A stretch of 42,119 nt of DNA from a virus (taxonomy: Duplodnaviria; Caudoviricetes), in IMG/VR virus record IMGVR_UViG_3300020234_000023, positions 1 to 42,119 of that record. One strand, given 5' to 3'. Below, piece after piece: positions 40,889 to 42,119 of the stretch (positions within the stretch are counted from its first letter, which is position 1; every line of letters begins with the position of its first letter). The position numbers and the translations under genes were made by a program. Under the pieces are notes generated by a model. That model was not told where the DNA came from and did no database searches. It worked only from the letters and a program-made list of their open reading frames with translations.

Positions 40889-42119
40889 ATGTCTCAATTC
40901 CCTATAAAGGGCCTTTACATCGTAAGATAGAGGATGCTTTACGCAATCGTAAGCGCATGTGGAATAATGCTACGGCAGATCGTCGTAGGAAATGGGCTCG
41001 CGACCTGGAGAATCATCAATCTTTTATTCACGCATCTGACGATGACAAGAATAGGAAGGCTAAACAATTTGAAACCAATGTTAAGGAATATACGCAAATC
41101 GAAATACCGTACTCGTACGGCCTCATTATGGCGTTCCATACCTACCTCAGCTCGGTGTTCTTGGCGCGGTCTCCAGTATTGCAATTTCAAGAGCGTCATG
41201 GAGCGCGAGAAACTTCTGTCCAGGCGATTGAATCCATTATGGACTATCAGACGTCTGTTGGGGGTCACTTAGTCCCTTACTACATTTGGCTTATGGATGC
41301 TACTAAGCATGGCGTCGGTGTAATGGGTCAGTACTGGGAAGACGAGGTAGTTCGCGTTTCGAAGATTGTGGAGGAAGTACCGTCTTTTGGGGGTATAGCG
41401 CTCCCCGGCGCTAGACCCAAGAAAATTAAGCGTACTATTGAAGTTCCAGGTTATAAAGGAATGCGGAAGTATAATGTCCGGCCTCACGACTTTATATTCG
41501 ATACTCGTGTTTCCTTGTCTATGTTTCAGACAGGGGAATTTTGTGGGCGTATTTTGGATATGTCTTGGCTTGATATTACTGATGGTGCCGAGAAAGGTAT
41601 TTATATGAATATCGATCAGTTGAAGAAGACTGCTCGACACGGTAATACTAATTTTGACGAGCATCGGGATTCTGACGAACAGGTAATTGATTTGCCAGAT
41701 CGGGCGGATAATAAGTTCTTTGGTTCCCAGATAACTGGATTTGATATTCCTCGGACTGATCGTTTGGAAGGGTATGAGATGTTTGTTCGGCTAGTACCGT
41801 TAAACTGGCAGCTAGGTAAAAGTAAGTCTACTGAGAAGTGGGTGTTTACTGTAATTAACGACGTTATTATTGGTGCTCGCCCGTTTGGAGAGTTGCATGA
41901 CAAATACCCTTACTCGGTTATTGAAACCGAAATAGATGGCTATGCGTTATTCAAGCGATCCATGATGGAGATAGCAGAGCCGCTTAACGAAGTTCTTTCG
42001 TGGTTGATAAACACTCACTTCTTTAATATTCGTAAGTCATTGAATGACTCTTTTGTGGTCGATCCGTCTCGGGTAATAATGAAGGACTTTAAGAATCCTG
42101 AGTATGGTCTTGCAATTCG
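40885..42119 (+). CDS. Portal protein, 3'-truncated (not in ORF track)
   Basis: ATGA overlap with the terL stop; MNVSIPYKGPLHRKIEDAL... reads open to the window end; position and features (KHGVG, PHDFIFD, YPYSV) fit a podovirus portal. Confidence 0.75.
   Translation, partial: MNVSIPYKGPLHRKIEDALRNRKRMWNNATADRRRKWARDLENHQSFIHASDDDKNRKAKQFETNVKEYTQIEIPYSYGLIMAFHTYLSSVFLARSPVLQFQERHGARETSVQAIESIMDYQTSVGGHLVPYYIWLMDATKHGVGVMGQYWEDEVVRVSKIVEEVPSFGGIALPGARPKKIKRTIEVPGYKGMRKYNVRPHDFIFDTRVSLSMFQTGEFCGRILDMSWLDITDGAEKGIYMNIDQLKKTARHGNTNFDEHRDSDEQVIDLPDRADNKFFGSQITGFDIPRTDRLEGYEMFVRLVPLNWQLGKSKSTEKWVFTVINDVIIGARPFGELHDKYPYSVIETEIDGYALFKRSMMEIAEPLNEVLSWLINTHFFNIRKSLNDSFVVDPSRVIMKDFKNPEYGLAI

Overview
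The window is a large part of a tailed dsDNA phage genome with podovirus-like organisation. The host is probably Gram-negative, judged from sigma70 promoters, a boxA element and a YadA-type outer-membrane anchor. No bacterial core genes, integrase, tRNA or CRISPR array were seen. Layout: (1) 1-20058 (+), late operon with tail/fibre proteins, M15 endolysin and 3-TM holin, head-tail adaptor and nozzle, an accessory cassette (passenger-less YadA-type barrel, 2OG-Fe(II) oxygenase, sulfotransferase, cupin-SET fusion) and ejection proteins ending in an 1816-aa HExxH/PLxRFG protein. (2) 20203-37757 (-), early/replication arm with a DUF3987-like ATPase, a family A polymerase split into two genes, ParB-DNA methyltransferase, SSB, Sak4-like ATPase, PD-(D/E)XK exonuclease, many small ORFs, a structured intergenic RNA candidate and a candidate origin. 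(3) 38235-42119 (+), small terminase, nuclease, large terminase and a truncated portal. The best leads for new biology are the modification cassette in the virion operon, the mini trimeric autotransporter, the split His762 polymerase with an overlapping Com-like zinc finger, the four-hairpin/pseudoknot RNA at 34216-34401, and four tiny membrane peptides missing from the ORF track. All family assignments come from motif recognition by eye, not database searches.
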